Source of the DNA: Chrysomallon squamiferum
Lineage: Eukaryota; Animalia; Mollusca
Direction: 5' to 3'
NCBI GenBank assembly: GCA_012295275.1
Contig: CM022673.1
Location: forward strand, 2,294,001-2,358,000
Length of the DNA: 64,000 nucleotides
Translations under genes and position numbers: made by a program
Shown: one piece after another, positions 40,401 through 51,658 of the stretch
How positions within the stretch are numbered: position 1 is the first letter of the stretch
Layout: the number at the start of each line of letters is the position of its first letter
The notes under the pieces: model-generated
The model's input: only the letters and a program-made list of their open reading frames with translations
Databases searched by the model: none
Told to the model about the DNA's origin: nothing

Positions 40401-43108
40401 ATTTCAAAGCACCTTTGGAAGAATTTGAAATATATTTCGCTTGTAGGCAAACACTTTAATAACATTTTCACCATGTTCATAATATTTCTGAATGAATTAT
40501 AAAATTATATGTACTTTCTATGACGTATGATAATGGATTAGCTTGAAAAAGTTCATTCATTTTCAGGGTAAACGGCAGATATTACTCATTATTATATGTA
40601 CGATGTATAAATTTTTATATACTTGATTTTTAGTATCCTGTTCGCCATACTATTGTAGGAAAGAAAGAAGCTTTAATCAGATTTTATTTCATTGTCACAC
40701 GAATAATTTAAAATATAGTGTAATCAGATTATTACTCAAATTGAGCTTACAAGATAGTTTGTTGTTCACACCAAAAACTTTAAGTCGTGAAATTGCAAAT
40801 TTTACCTTAATGGCGCTTATTAAAACGAACGTCATAAAGAAAAATAATTGGAAATTTTGTATTAATTTAAGTATTTTCAGAAAAAGTGTACGATATCTGT
40901 AGCAAGGTCCACAGCATTTAAAAGGAATGCATTTGAAAATATAGGTGTATATTGATAATATAAAATAATAATTATTATTATAGATACACATCTGCTTCAT
41001 TACACTTACGCACACACTATATACTTTTGTAAACATTCCTTCCATTTCCAGGTAGACTGATTTTTATTTTTTATTTCATAGAACATATCCATCAGGTCTT
41101 GTAATTATTGATGGCTGACTTTGTATTTGTGGTCCTGGTGATCACTATTTGAGCCATTTTTCTAATTGATGGTTACCATCGTGAAGTGTTAGTACAGTAG
41201 TAACTGTAACAACCATGCCCATTTGGTGGTTTAAAAAGTTATTTTTCTTTTTTTTTTTCCCTTGGAAGGGGAGCGGGTAAAGTAGTTATAATGTTTGGCA
41301 TGGAATGAACTAAGGAAATAGGATCATCCAAGAATTAAAAAGATCGTCAGAAGATGAGGACAATGCTTTGTGACTCAAATGAGTATCAAGGGTAAATTTG
41401 GAATCGTTTCCTGACCAGATTTGCAGACCACATAGTACTACTTTTAGAACTGAAAGATTTATTTTACTATTTAGAAATCAGGTTTTTCTTTCCTTTTTTT
41501 ATTTTATTTAACCCCCTCCAGTTTAGTTATTATGTCTGGTTTGAAACATACCTCAGCAGCATTTTTAAATATTGGTCATTATATCAGTTTTAATGCAATG
41601 CATTACATATTTTCTGTGCTTTAAATTTGTATGGTAGTCTGCGTATTTCGAGAAATTTATTTCTTGTTGTATGCAGAATAGTTTCACATTAGTTTTTGAA
41701 TCAGTGCTAGTATTTATTTAGTGCTCAATATTAAAATCAATGATAAAATTTTAAAACCATTTCTTTTACCAAAGCATTACTGTTTACTTGTGTGAATTTA
41801 CATCAGTTTACATCACTGAATCTGATGTATTATACTATTCCTATCTCTGCATTTTTGTTTTAACTTTAAAATAATATTTACTAAAAAAAGAAAAACCAAG
41901 TTGAGTTTAATCAGCATTACTATTTTTTGCTCCCTAGTAATTCTGATGGACCAGACCCAATTGGTTTCACATTTTTCACACCGAATCTGAAAATGGCTAT
42001 CAACAGTATTGTTAAATTAAGTATTAACAAAAATATAATCATGTTGTACAATGTTTTTACAATTTCTGCTTAGACCATATGTAGTCATGAAATTCTTTGT
42101 GACTACATACAAATTTAGTTTTCTTTCTTTCAACACCAGTGGTGGTTAGGTAGATGATTTTAACAATTTTCCAACTTTTTATGACAATTGTTATGTAACA
42201 TTTTAAAACATCTGTTACCAGTAAAAGGAAATAAAAGTGATTTTTATTGACAATTTATCATTTGAAGAGTATATTTAAACTAGTTTTATCTAAACAATAA
42301 GTAAATTTCAAGCAGTGGCATTTGGAAATTTAAACACACAAAATATGGTTTATCAATAATGTTCAAAGGCTCACAAATAAAAATCCATTTGAAAGGATGA
42401 CTAATCAAGCATAATGGCTGTTTTGTGTGCTTTCACAGCCAAGTTATATACCAGATTTAAACTATTACAACTGTTTTAACCATTCTTAAAATGCGCTCCA
42501 CAATTTAGATTTGGAAATTATGCTATTTTATAATCCATCAGTATGGCTGGTGTTGAACGTAATATTCAAATAAATTGTGCCATAACCTAAGAAATCAAAG
42601 TAGTATAACGTGTTTTCACCAACTCTGTATTTCACTTGTTTACCAAACACTGACGACACAAAAATAAATAAATATGGATTTTTTTTTAATTAATTTTTTT
42701 TTATTATTATTAACTTTGGACAGAATGATAATAAAGAAAAGATATTTCATTTCTTTATGTAATTAATAATAAGCAATATAATCAACTAAAATTTAATAAG
42801 TTTTCCATAAAAGTTTGTGCAAATTTAATAAGATTTCACGGTCTAGTAAAGTAAAAATATACTCCAGTAAATTCTCTCAGATACATTCAACCAATGGATA
42901 AAACAACAAGAGATTGTTAAATTAAATTAATGATTTATGACACAAAAAACATGAACTATATTTTAAAATGAACATGATGGTACATTGTAAAGGACTGACA
43001 AGTGTTTCCAAAGATTTTTAAACTAATGTTCACATCACAATAAACATGAATTTTACAGCTTCATTGCAATAACCCCCCTGGAGGCCCTTTGTAGAAGTCT
43101 ACGTTATT

Positions 43109-44860
43109 TTATGCAGATTCCTCTTTCTTCGACTCTTCCTTTTCTGCAGATTTTTCTTTTTCTTTTTCTTTATCGTCTGTTTTCACTTTTTTCACAGGAC
43201 TTTCCTCTTCACCATTTTCTTCCGATGTCCTTTTTTCTCCAGATGTCTCCTTTTGCTCATCTGCATCTACAAAAATAATCTCTAATGAATATCTAGCCAT
43301 TACAAACATATTTTTTGTTTTAATATCAAAGATAAACTGAACCCAAATATTTTCCAGGAATCTCCGTCACCTCTGAAAAAGAAAAAATTCCATTTTCAGC
43401 TTTGTGGGTATTAAAGTAACATAACACCTCCATCCTTACAGATGTCAGTTGATCTCACCTCCTGCACCCTTTGTTTTGCTTTCTTCTGTTGAGGCATTTT
43501 GATTTGTATTTTCTTCCTCATCTTTGGTTACAGCTTTATCTTTTTCTTCAACCTTTTCTTCTTTTGATTCTACCTCTTTATTTGCCTGAAGGATTATAAA
43601 GTAAAATTTGAACAGATACCAGTTTCTTGACCTACAAAAATGTCCTATCACAAACCAAAGATTTAAAATAAAAGCAACAATGGTGTGAGGAATCCCCCAT
43701 TTCTATTTCATTACATTAAATTTTATATTCCACTTTTTAGTTATATCAATCACAGTTCTTATCAATATGAAATTTGATGGTACTGATCAAATGGACTCAT
43801 GTAACTGCTGAAAATTATAAACTTGTACCAAAAAAAATTAGTTATAGTGATATTCTCTACATATTTGCTTACAGCATCTTTCTGTGCAATCACATCTTCA
43901 ACCGTTTTGGTCTTGGTTGCTTGGTTTTCAGTTTCTTTTACTGCATCAATTTCAACTTCATTTCTGAAAATAATTTTTTATAAATCTGTTACAGAAATAT
44001 ATTTAACAAGTAAACCAGATCTATGAAACTTACTTTTATAGGCAATAATTTTCAATCGCAAGCATTTTTTTTTTTCTAAACATGAACTACGTTACTATAT
44101 CTTCATTTAATACCATCATTAATGATTATGGCATTTGTATTTAACTTAAGACACTTATTTTTACATCAATTCAATAAAAATATAGAAATTAAAATGTATG
44201 TTATGATTCTGTTACAAACATGCTGTTTAGGTGGAAGATTTTCTACCCGTGTCGCTACCTAAAACAATTTCTCATTTGTATTTTTCTCACAAGGTATCGC
44301 GAAGAGAAGTTAGTTACTCAGTTTACTTAAATTTCAACATTAAAAACAGAACAAAATATATTTAAAATCTTGTTTATCTTAACCATTAACTGTTTTATAC
44401 AAAACCCTAACAATGTAATTTTATATTTTAAAGAAAGAACAAATTGACCATAGCATCAAATTAAAGATGTTCCAACCATGTCACGCTGCCGATTCACCGG
44501 TTGGTAATCGTTTTAAAATCGGTCAAAATAATTTTCCTATGACCTACATTTCAGCTATCAACGTATCGTACATATGAACAGTTTTGTATCTCTAAAAATT
44601 ACTTACAGTTTCAATTAAGAAGAAAAAAATGTGTCTACATTATGGGAAATACTAAAAACCACGAGAAGTGCCATTTCAAATATCAAACATAATGAACAGG
44701 AAAATGGAACTGCTCGTCAAACAAAGGCATGTCGACCATGCCGCCAACATTAATACTTCCTGGTATTAAGAAAAACGAAAATTATGAATAAAAACCATAA
44801 ATATTATAAACTAGCAACCCATTTCGAGTTATATTTCAATACTTACTCTTTCCCAGGCAT
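43109..44860 (-). CDS. Small Glu/Lys-rich intrinsically disordered nuclear protein, prothymosin/parathymosin-like, 129 aa
   Basis: Exons 44860-44847, 43963-43873, 43585-43459, 43266-43109; consensus GT-AG sites, phases 2/0/1 compatible. Protein: MPGKENEVEIDAVKETENQATKTKTVEDVIAQKDAANKEVESKEEKVEEKDKAVTKDEEENTNQNASTEESKTKGAGDADEQKETSGEKRTSEENGEEESPVKKVKTDDKEKEKEKSAEKEESKKEESA. The gene model is solid; the family assignment is tentative. Confidence 0.8.
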
Positions 44861-44929
44861 TTTTATGGTATTCTGATTTAGATTTTTCCTTAACAAAGTC
44901 TGAAAAAAATTTCTCTAACGCAAACCGCC

Positions 44930-45145
44930 TTTATCAAACAAAGCTTCGACAGACGACTTACATTTAGATTCCCGCCTGCTAAGAGTAAATTATTAAGCAT
45001 GTGACCAAACAAAATGTTTTTATTGGACAAGAGCTAAATTTATGTCCTAACTCCGCCTACACGCTCGTCTTACGCATGCGCTTTGGATGTTATTTTTTGA
45101 CGTCACACCTTGCTGGTGACCTTCTTTTGGCCACGTGATCGATTT
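44930..45145 (-). promoter_or_regulatory. CpG-rich promoter of the 129-aa gene
   Basis: E2F-like TTCCCGCC (44969-44976), CCAAT (~45022-45026), NRF1-like CGCATGCG (45073-45080), perfect CRE TGACGTCA (45098-45105), E-box CACGTG (45132-45137). Confidence 0.65.
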
Positions 45146-45616
45146 CTTTCGTTTCTTAAAAGAACTAGTAAATTTCTATCTCATGATAGCCTGAATTTAT
45201 CAAGCGAAATGATAAAGCACAAATAACATTGTATTCTTTACTACCAAGCTTATACATACTGTGGTGTGTAATTTAGTAAAGAAAAGCTTTCTATGTACTC
45301 AGGCTGTTAATACCTTTAATACAAAAATAATTTGCCAATTAAAAACTTAATATTTGGGGTTTTTAAATTTCTTTGGATGTAAATAATGATCTGATATCGC
45401 TAAACAAAGAAAAACCATAGCAGTCATCATACTAATTTATTTATTTATTTATTCATTTATTTTAAAATAAATATTACAACCAATTGTAGTTTGGCTCAAA
45501 CAAGAACAACAGAATGAAATATAAAACAATAATAATTAAATTATGTTAAAAAGAGGACAGTTCATACAAAGAATAAACATTTTAAAATGTTGTTGTTTTT
45601 TTTAATAAATAAATAA

Positions 45617-45621
<5 letters not shown>

Positions 45622-45678
<57 letters not shown>
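45622..45678. repeat. (TTA)n microsatellite
   Basis: Seen directly. Confidence 0.9.
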
Positions 45679-45679
<1 letters not shown>

Positions 45680-45979
45680 TCCAAAGAACTAGAAGCAAAT
45701 AAATAAAAGAAAATTATTAGTGAGAAACATGTTTTAATTATATATATATCTTACTGGCAGTCGTTTTAAAATCGGTTAGAATATTTTAGCCACACACACA
45801 CACACACACACTTTTGTATAGGATTTGAACTTAACCTGATCGCTGTAAGAATAATGAAATTAAACTTTTTTTTAAAGTATTTCAACAAACCATTACAAAT
45901 AAAGTTACTTTTCACACAATATTAAATTAATTCAATGTTTCCATGCTTATGTTCAAGACAATAAAACAATAAAAGTAAC

Positions 45980-46017
45980 TTATAGTTTTATCTATACTTT
46001 TATAGATAAAACTATAA
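45980..46017. repeat. Perfect 17-bp inverted repeat with a 4-nt spacer
   Basis: ttatagttttatctata-cttt-tatagataaaactataa. Confidence 0.9.
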
Positions 46018-46201
46018 ATTTAAATAGTATGAGCAAATATAATATTATATTTAAAAAAATAATAATAAATAATAATAAAATAAATTTAAAATTACGTTAT
46101 TTAACCAGAATTCGATCCCACTCGACAACATCCAATGACCCGCGTTCAGTATTTTGTTTGAAAGGATGTGTCGTGGCCCGTTTCAAATTAACTGCATAAA
46201 T

Positions 46202-46232
<31 letters not shown>

Positions 46233-47489
46233 TGCGTGAGAGGGGTGTACATAAGAATGTTTACTGATACTGAGAAAACAAAGTTACTGAATGTCTGCTG
46301 GAGTATATGAATGATTACCAAATAAAAAATTAGCTAACAGAAAATTGGTTTTTAGCTATATCGTTAACAAAACAAGCCTTTAACATTATTTTTAATAATT
46401 TATTTCTTCTCAAAAGAATTAACACAGAGAGCATTCAGTTCTTAAAATACCCATCAGTAAAATAAAAATTAAAAAATCCACGACAATGACAAATGACATT
46501 CTTGTGATAAGGCAGTATTTCTGTTTCAAAAAGTAATTAATCATTTGAAAATGTTACACACACACACACACACACATTTGCTTCGTTATTTAAAAAAAAA
46601 AAAAAAAAAAACAACAAAACAACAACGAAACAACATAAACCTAATTACACCCAACTCTTACTGTTTGAAAATTAAACTGTAACTTGCAGTTATAATGAAA
46701 AACAAATCTAAATTTAATAAGAGCAATAACTATTACTCCCATATATAAACTACAACCAAAAAATAATAATAACGATTATAATTTATTGTAGGTATTAACT
46801 TTTAAAAACCCATAAACCCGCTCAAAACGCACATAATAGGCCTGCTCAGTTATCTTTATATGTGAAAATAACGAAGGTGTGGTGTTGCTATCGATTAATC
46901 ACATAAAATTAGGTCAAACTGAACGACAAAAAAATGCATTATAATTACAGTGTATGAACGGAAGATCGATCTAGCTGATCTTTTCTGTGGAATATGAATT
47001 AAATTCACACATACACACACAGACAGCTGTACACAAATATATGCATGCATAACTTAGTACATATATACATATTTACACAAATGCGCTCATATATACACAT
47101 ATATACAGAGAGACGGGTGCTTGATAATACACATACCATTATTACGCTTTTATTGACTTGAAGAAAAGACACATTTTCTAAAGTGAATCTAAGACGATAA
47201 AAAAAAAAAATTATAATCCCTTATAATTAAATAAATAAGGTAAGTTACAGGTACACGTACAGATTCATACCGATATCGAGATTATCTGATTTTTTTTTTT
47301 TTTTTTTTTTTTGCTCACCATCATAAACAAATCTCACGTAAAAACTTAATGCATATATCATATGCGAACGGCAATTATCAGTTTGTTCTAATATATGTGG
47401 ATATATTATTACATATTTTTCAAATTTTATATCGTCTTATCTTCACATTATTAGTTTCAGAATGTTAAAATACTGACAGATAGATAAAC

Positions 47490-47722
47490 TGGTTGCTCTT
47501 CGGCGAAAATAATTGTCAGAATTCGATAGTTTAAATCTTGAGAAATATCTCTTCGAACGACAATGTCTGAAAAAGCGATAGAAAATTACCGACATCTGCC
47601 GAAGTATTCCGAATCACTTGAGCATTTTCAATGACTTCCGGAATTAAAAATGAAAGGTTCGGGAAAACGCCTCCAACTTACATTTGTTATGTTTTAATTT
47701 TTTTTAACTTGCAAACACTAAA
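47490..47722 (+). promoter_or_regulatory. COMMD9 promoter/5'UTR
   Basis: CpG-retaining stretch directly upstream of the ATG; ETS-type ACTTCCGG at 47634-47641. Confidence 0.55.
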
Positions 47723-50700
47723 ATGTCTGTAAATTTTGATGACCTCAGTTTATTGCTGAAGGTTGGTTCAGGATATTTTTACTTTTTGGTTTGTAAAAAT
47801 CTGAGCTTTGAATCAATATTAATTATTTTTAAACATTTATTGTAACATGCAAACATTAACTAAGAAAGGAGGCGAATGTATAATTTATTTTTTGTTTTTG
47901 TTTTCTTCTGATTCATTTACATGTCGTATGCTGTTTTGCAAGATATGTTTACCTAATGGTTGTTACCATTTCTGTCAGTGTCACATGATCTCTGTATGAC
48001 GGTATAAATAATGGTTAATAGCTGCATATTGTTAATGACACTTGTTTCTGTTCAGATTATATAAATGGTTGTAGTATATAAATGGTTTAAACAAAGTAAT
48101 CATTAATTCAGAATTTTGTATATTGTTTTCTTTCTTTTTTTTTTTTTTTTTCAATTTACTTTGCTGTTCATCCTACATTATAGATGAAGTTTTATTACAG
48201 TAATCACAATAATAAACAAATTTGGAAAGAAATATGTGACATGATTTTAACTATTAAGCTATTTATTTCAGGCTACATCAAAAGAACATGTTCATAAAAT
48301 GTGTAAGGATGCCTTTTTGTACAGAAACAAAGTTTCAAAACAGATTCCAGATGCCACATTAACAAGTATTTCAGAGAACTTTAGCATTACAAAGGATGAG
48401 AGTGGAAAAGTGAGTGTATTGATACATTGATACCTGTTATGTAAAGATTATTTTATTATTATTGATTGCTGTGTAGATCTTCCAGAAATCTCTAGATAAA
48501 ATAAAAACTTAAAATCCAAAAAGTCACTATATATATTTAAAAAAATTATTTTTGTATTTCAGCTGTTACACAGTCTTGGATGTTTGTTAAAATCTGTGAT
48601 GTTTCATGGAGCTGAAAATGCAAAGTCTGTTGCATCTCTTTTTCCTAGTAAGTTTTTGATTTTGGTCATTTGATCAAATAGCCTAAACACATTTTGTTTA
48701 CTTACAAAGACACTGATGTAATACTCAGAAGCTAACATTAACACTTTCTTTTTCTTTGTCTGTCACACAACACATACATACACAAAAAAATATATCAGCA
48801 CATACATGTACATACAGAGAGATGGGAGACTGATAGAAGAATGTGCAGCTCCTGCTTTTGAAAAAATAACACTGAAAAAAAAAAAAGGGACAACAACAAT
48901 TCTATTACTAATATGTTTTCAACTGCACTAAAAGATGTTGGTGTAAATGTGAGTATAGTAAAGACAGAACCTATGATATGAAAATGTATATACTTAACAA
49001 CATACAAAAAACAATTTCCATTCAAATATACATTTTATATTGGCCTTCAGTGAGATTGCTGTTTTGTATAAACTTTTTATCTTGTTACTGCAACATATTT
49101 TTAATATCACTATTTACATTTTTAGCCTTTTATCAAGTATTATTAACCTTTAAGTTTGTAAATCTTAATGTAACAGTCTTCAGCCATTGTTAAATCACAA
49201 TATGTTACAGCAAATTCATTAACTCACAGCTGACATTTAGTAAGAAGGTGATTTCAGACTCATAGTATTTCCAGAGTCAAGCAGATTTATTGTTATTATG
49301 TATTAGCCTTTCTGTTTTGATTATTTTTAGCGCTGAAGACATTTTAATTCAGATAAAAAAAAATTAAATTTCACTTATAATATGAATGTAGAGTATATAA
49401 CTGTCAAACAAATTTCAAAATTTTACAAATATTTATGAAAATTTGTTTATTGGTATTGTTTTTTACTTTTTAAATGGATATCTTTTAATACATTTGAATT
49501 TTGATTTTAAGATTTTATTTAAATTTATAGGTGATTTTAATAAAAATTTACGTGATCTTCTGATCAAGATTGTGATTGAGAACATGGATGCTTGGAAGAC
49601 ACAGTCAGCAAATAACCTAAGTAAAAAATAAATTGTGTTTTTTCTTTATTTTTTCTTTTAATTTTAAATAAAACTTGATTATGATCAGACCACATTTTAT
49701 TGTTTCATTAATTCTTAGTATTTATTTATTTATTTATTTATTTATTTATTTTTGAATCTGACTTATCATACTTTTGTTTCAGAAAATTATTATAGGTTAT
49801 TTAAATAGTAATACAAATTTTCTGTTAACATGATCAAAACAATTGAGTGTGAAACTGCTAGCATAATGAGGAAAATATTTAATTGTTAAAAGTTAATTTT
49901 TATATGTTTATATATGTATATTTCATCATTATTTATTTATTTATTTATATGATACGATTTTTAATTTTAATTTGTTTTTTAATTAATTGTTTTTTTAATT
50001 TTTTAATTTTTATTTTGCAAGACATTAATATTAGTTCTGCATCAAAAAAACATAGATACTTGGTGAAGTCTGAAACTGTTGCTTTAGAGTCACTGAATAT
50101 ATATATATTTTTTTTAATAAATTAATTCTTAATATACATTGTTAATTATGTTAAAGGAATTGACAATTTATCATAGACAAGTTTTTTTCTCTCAGTATTT
50201 ACTTTTCATTATATATTGCTGATTTGTTTTTGTATATATGCTATTGGAAACTTTTCCAGTTATAAGAGATTTTTACTTTTCAGTTTCTCTTCCAAAGATG
50301 GTTGATTTTGACTGGCGTGTGGATGTAAAAACATCATCTGATGCTGTGACTAGGATGTCTGTACCAACATGCATTCTTAATGTACAGGTAATGAGTTTGC
50401 ATACCTTTGATTCCCATTCTAGCTAGTACCCCAGTTCTGGTGTCTTTTTTGAAAGATCGTGATATATGTGTTTGTATTTTATATAACTGATCCTTTGCTC
50501 CTGGTCAATTCTCTAACCCAAATGTTTCCTATTTCAGTTCATTTTAAAAGCAATATAATTATGATAGGACACCTATAACCACTAATATTAAAATGTATAA
50601 CGTAATCATTGAAGAAGTATTAATTCAGATACAAGCAATGTAAAGAGATGTTTTTGTTGTTGTGTAGTGTAGCTAAAATAATAAATACATGCATGCTTGG

Positions 50701-51379
50701 ATTACAGTGCCATTTCCTAAATGATGTTTCTCAGATTCTTAGCTAGTTAATGAGTTGCGGAGAAATTCATTTAAAAAATAGCATACTGAGTTTTCAAAAT
50801 ACAGAATTTACTACAACAGTTAATGGCAATTTATCTTAAACTGGATAGTTAGGACAGAGATAAAGTTAGTGTACAGTTAATATGTTTGAGAAAATATTGC
50901 AGGCAATGATTTTCTTTCACGTCTTGACTGAAACCATCAAAATGATAAAGAATCCAAGATACCTAACTTACCATTGCAGTAATTGGATAACAGTGTCCAT
51001 GTGGTTTAACTGTTTAACGTTTACACCTTGGGTAACAAAACTATTAACAAAACTGAAGCATGATTCTGCTATTATTTTATTTTAAAAAGAAAAAAAAAGG
51101 AAATATGAAAAAAGTAAGGTCATTGGACTGTTACATTACTTAGTCCAGATTCTTTTCAGAGGAATTAAAAGCAAATATGTTGATTCAAAAATCTCTGACA
51201 TTTTTGGAGTAAAATTGTTTTTGATATTCTTTATTCAGATACAGAAAAGTCCAGAATCTATTTATGAAGATCCCTCAACAGAGAGTGTAAATGTAGAACT
51301 TACCAAAGAGACACTGGACACAATGTTAGATGGACTTACAAAAATTCGAGACCAACTTTCTTCTGTGGCAAATCGATAA
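47723..51379 (+). CDS. COMMD9: COMM domain-containing protein 9, 198 aa
   Basis: Exons 47723-47761, 48272-48409, 48563-48647, 49531-49620, 50284-50387, 51239-51379; total 597 nt, all GT-AG. Diagnostic ISLPKMVDFDWRVDVKTSSDAVTRMSVPTCIL and VELTKETLDTMLDGLTKIRDQLSSVA closely match COMMD9. Confidence 0.96.
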
Positions 51380-51648
51380 CATGATGATATAATACAAAAG
51401 AAGAATCACACAAGCTGTTACAATGAAGATATTTTCATAAGCGGACTCACATATAATTATCAAAATATTGGTATTGTTTTGTTGTAATACTATCATGTTG
51501 GTTGGAAAAACACAACTGGAGTTAAATGAGATGTCATTTTGGTGTATATTAACTTGGTGCCATTACCATAAGAATTTTTTTTAATAATAACAGTAATATA
51601 TAAAAATCATCATGCAGAATCACTGATCATATTTTTTTTTTTTTGATA

Positions 51649-51658
51649 AATAAATAAA
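51649..51658 (+). terminator. COMMD9 polyadenylation signal (overlapping AATAAA)
   Basis: aataaataaa ~270 nt after the stop, followed by a GT-rich element (tgttgttttgaatgtgtttgt). Confidence 0.6.
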
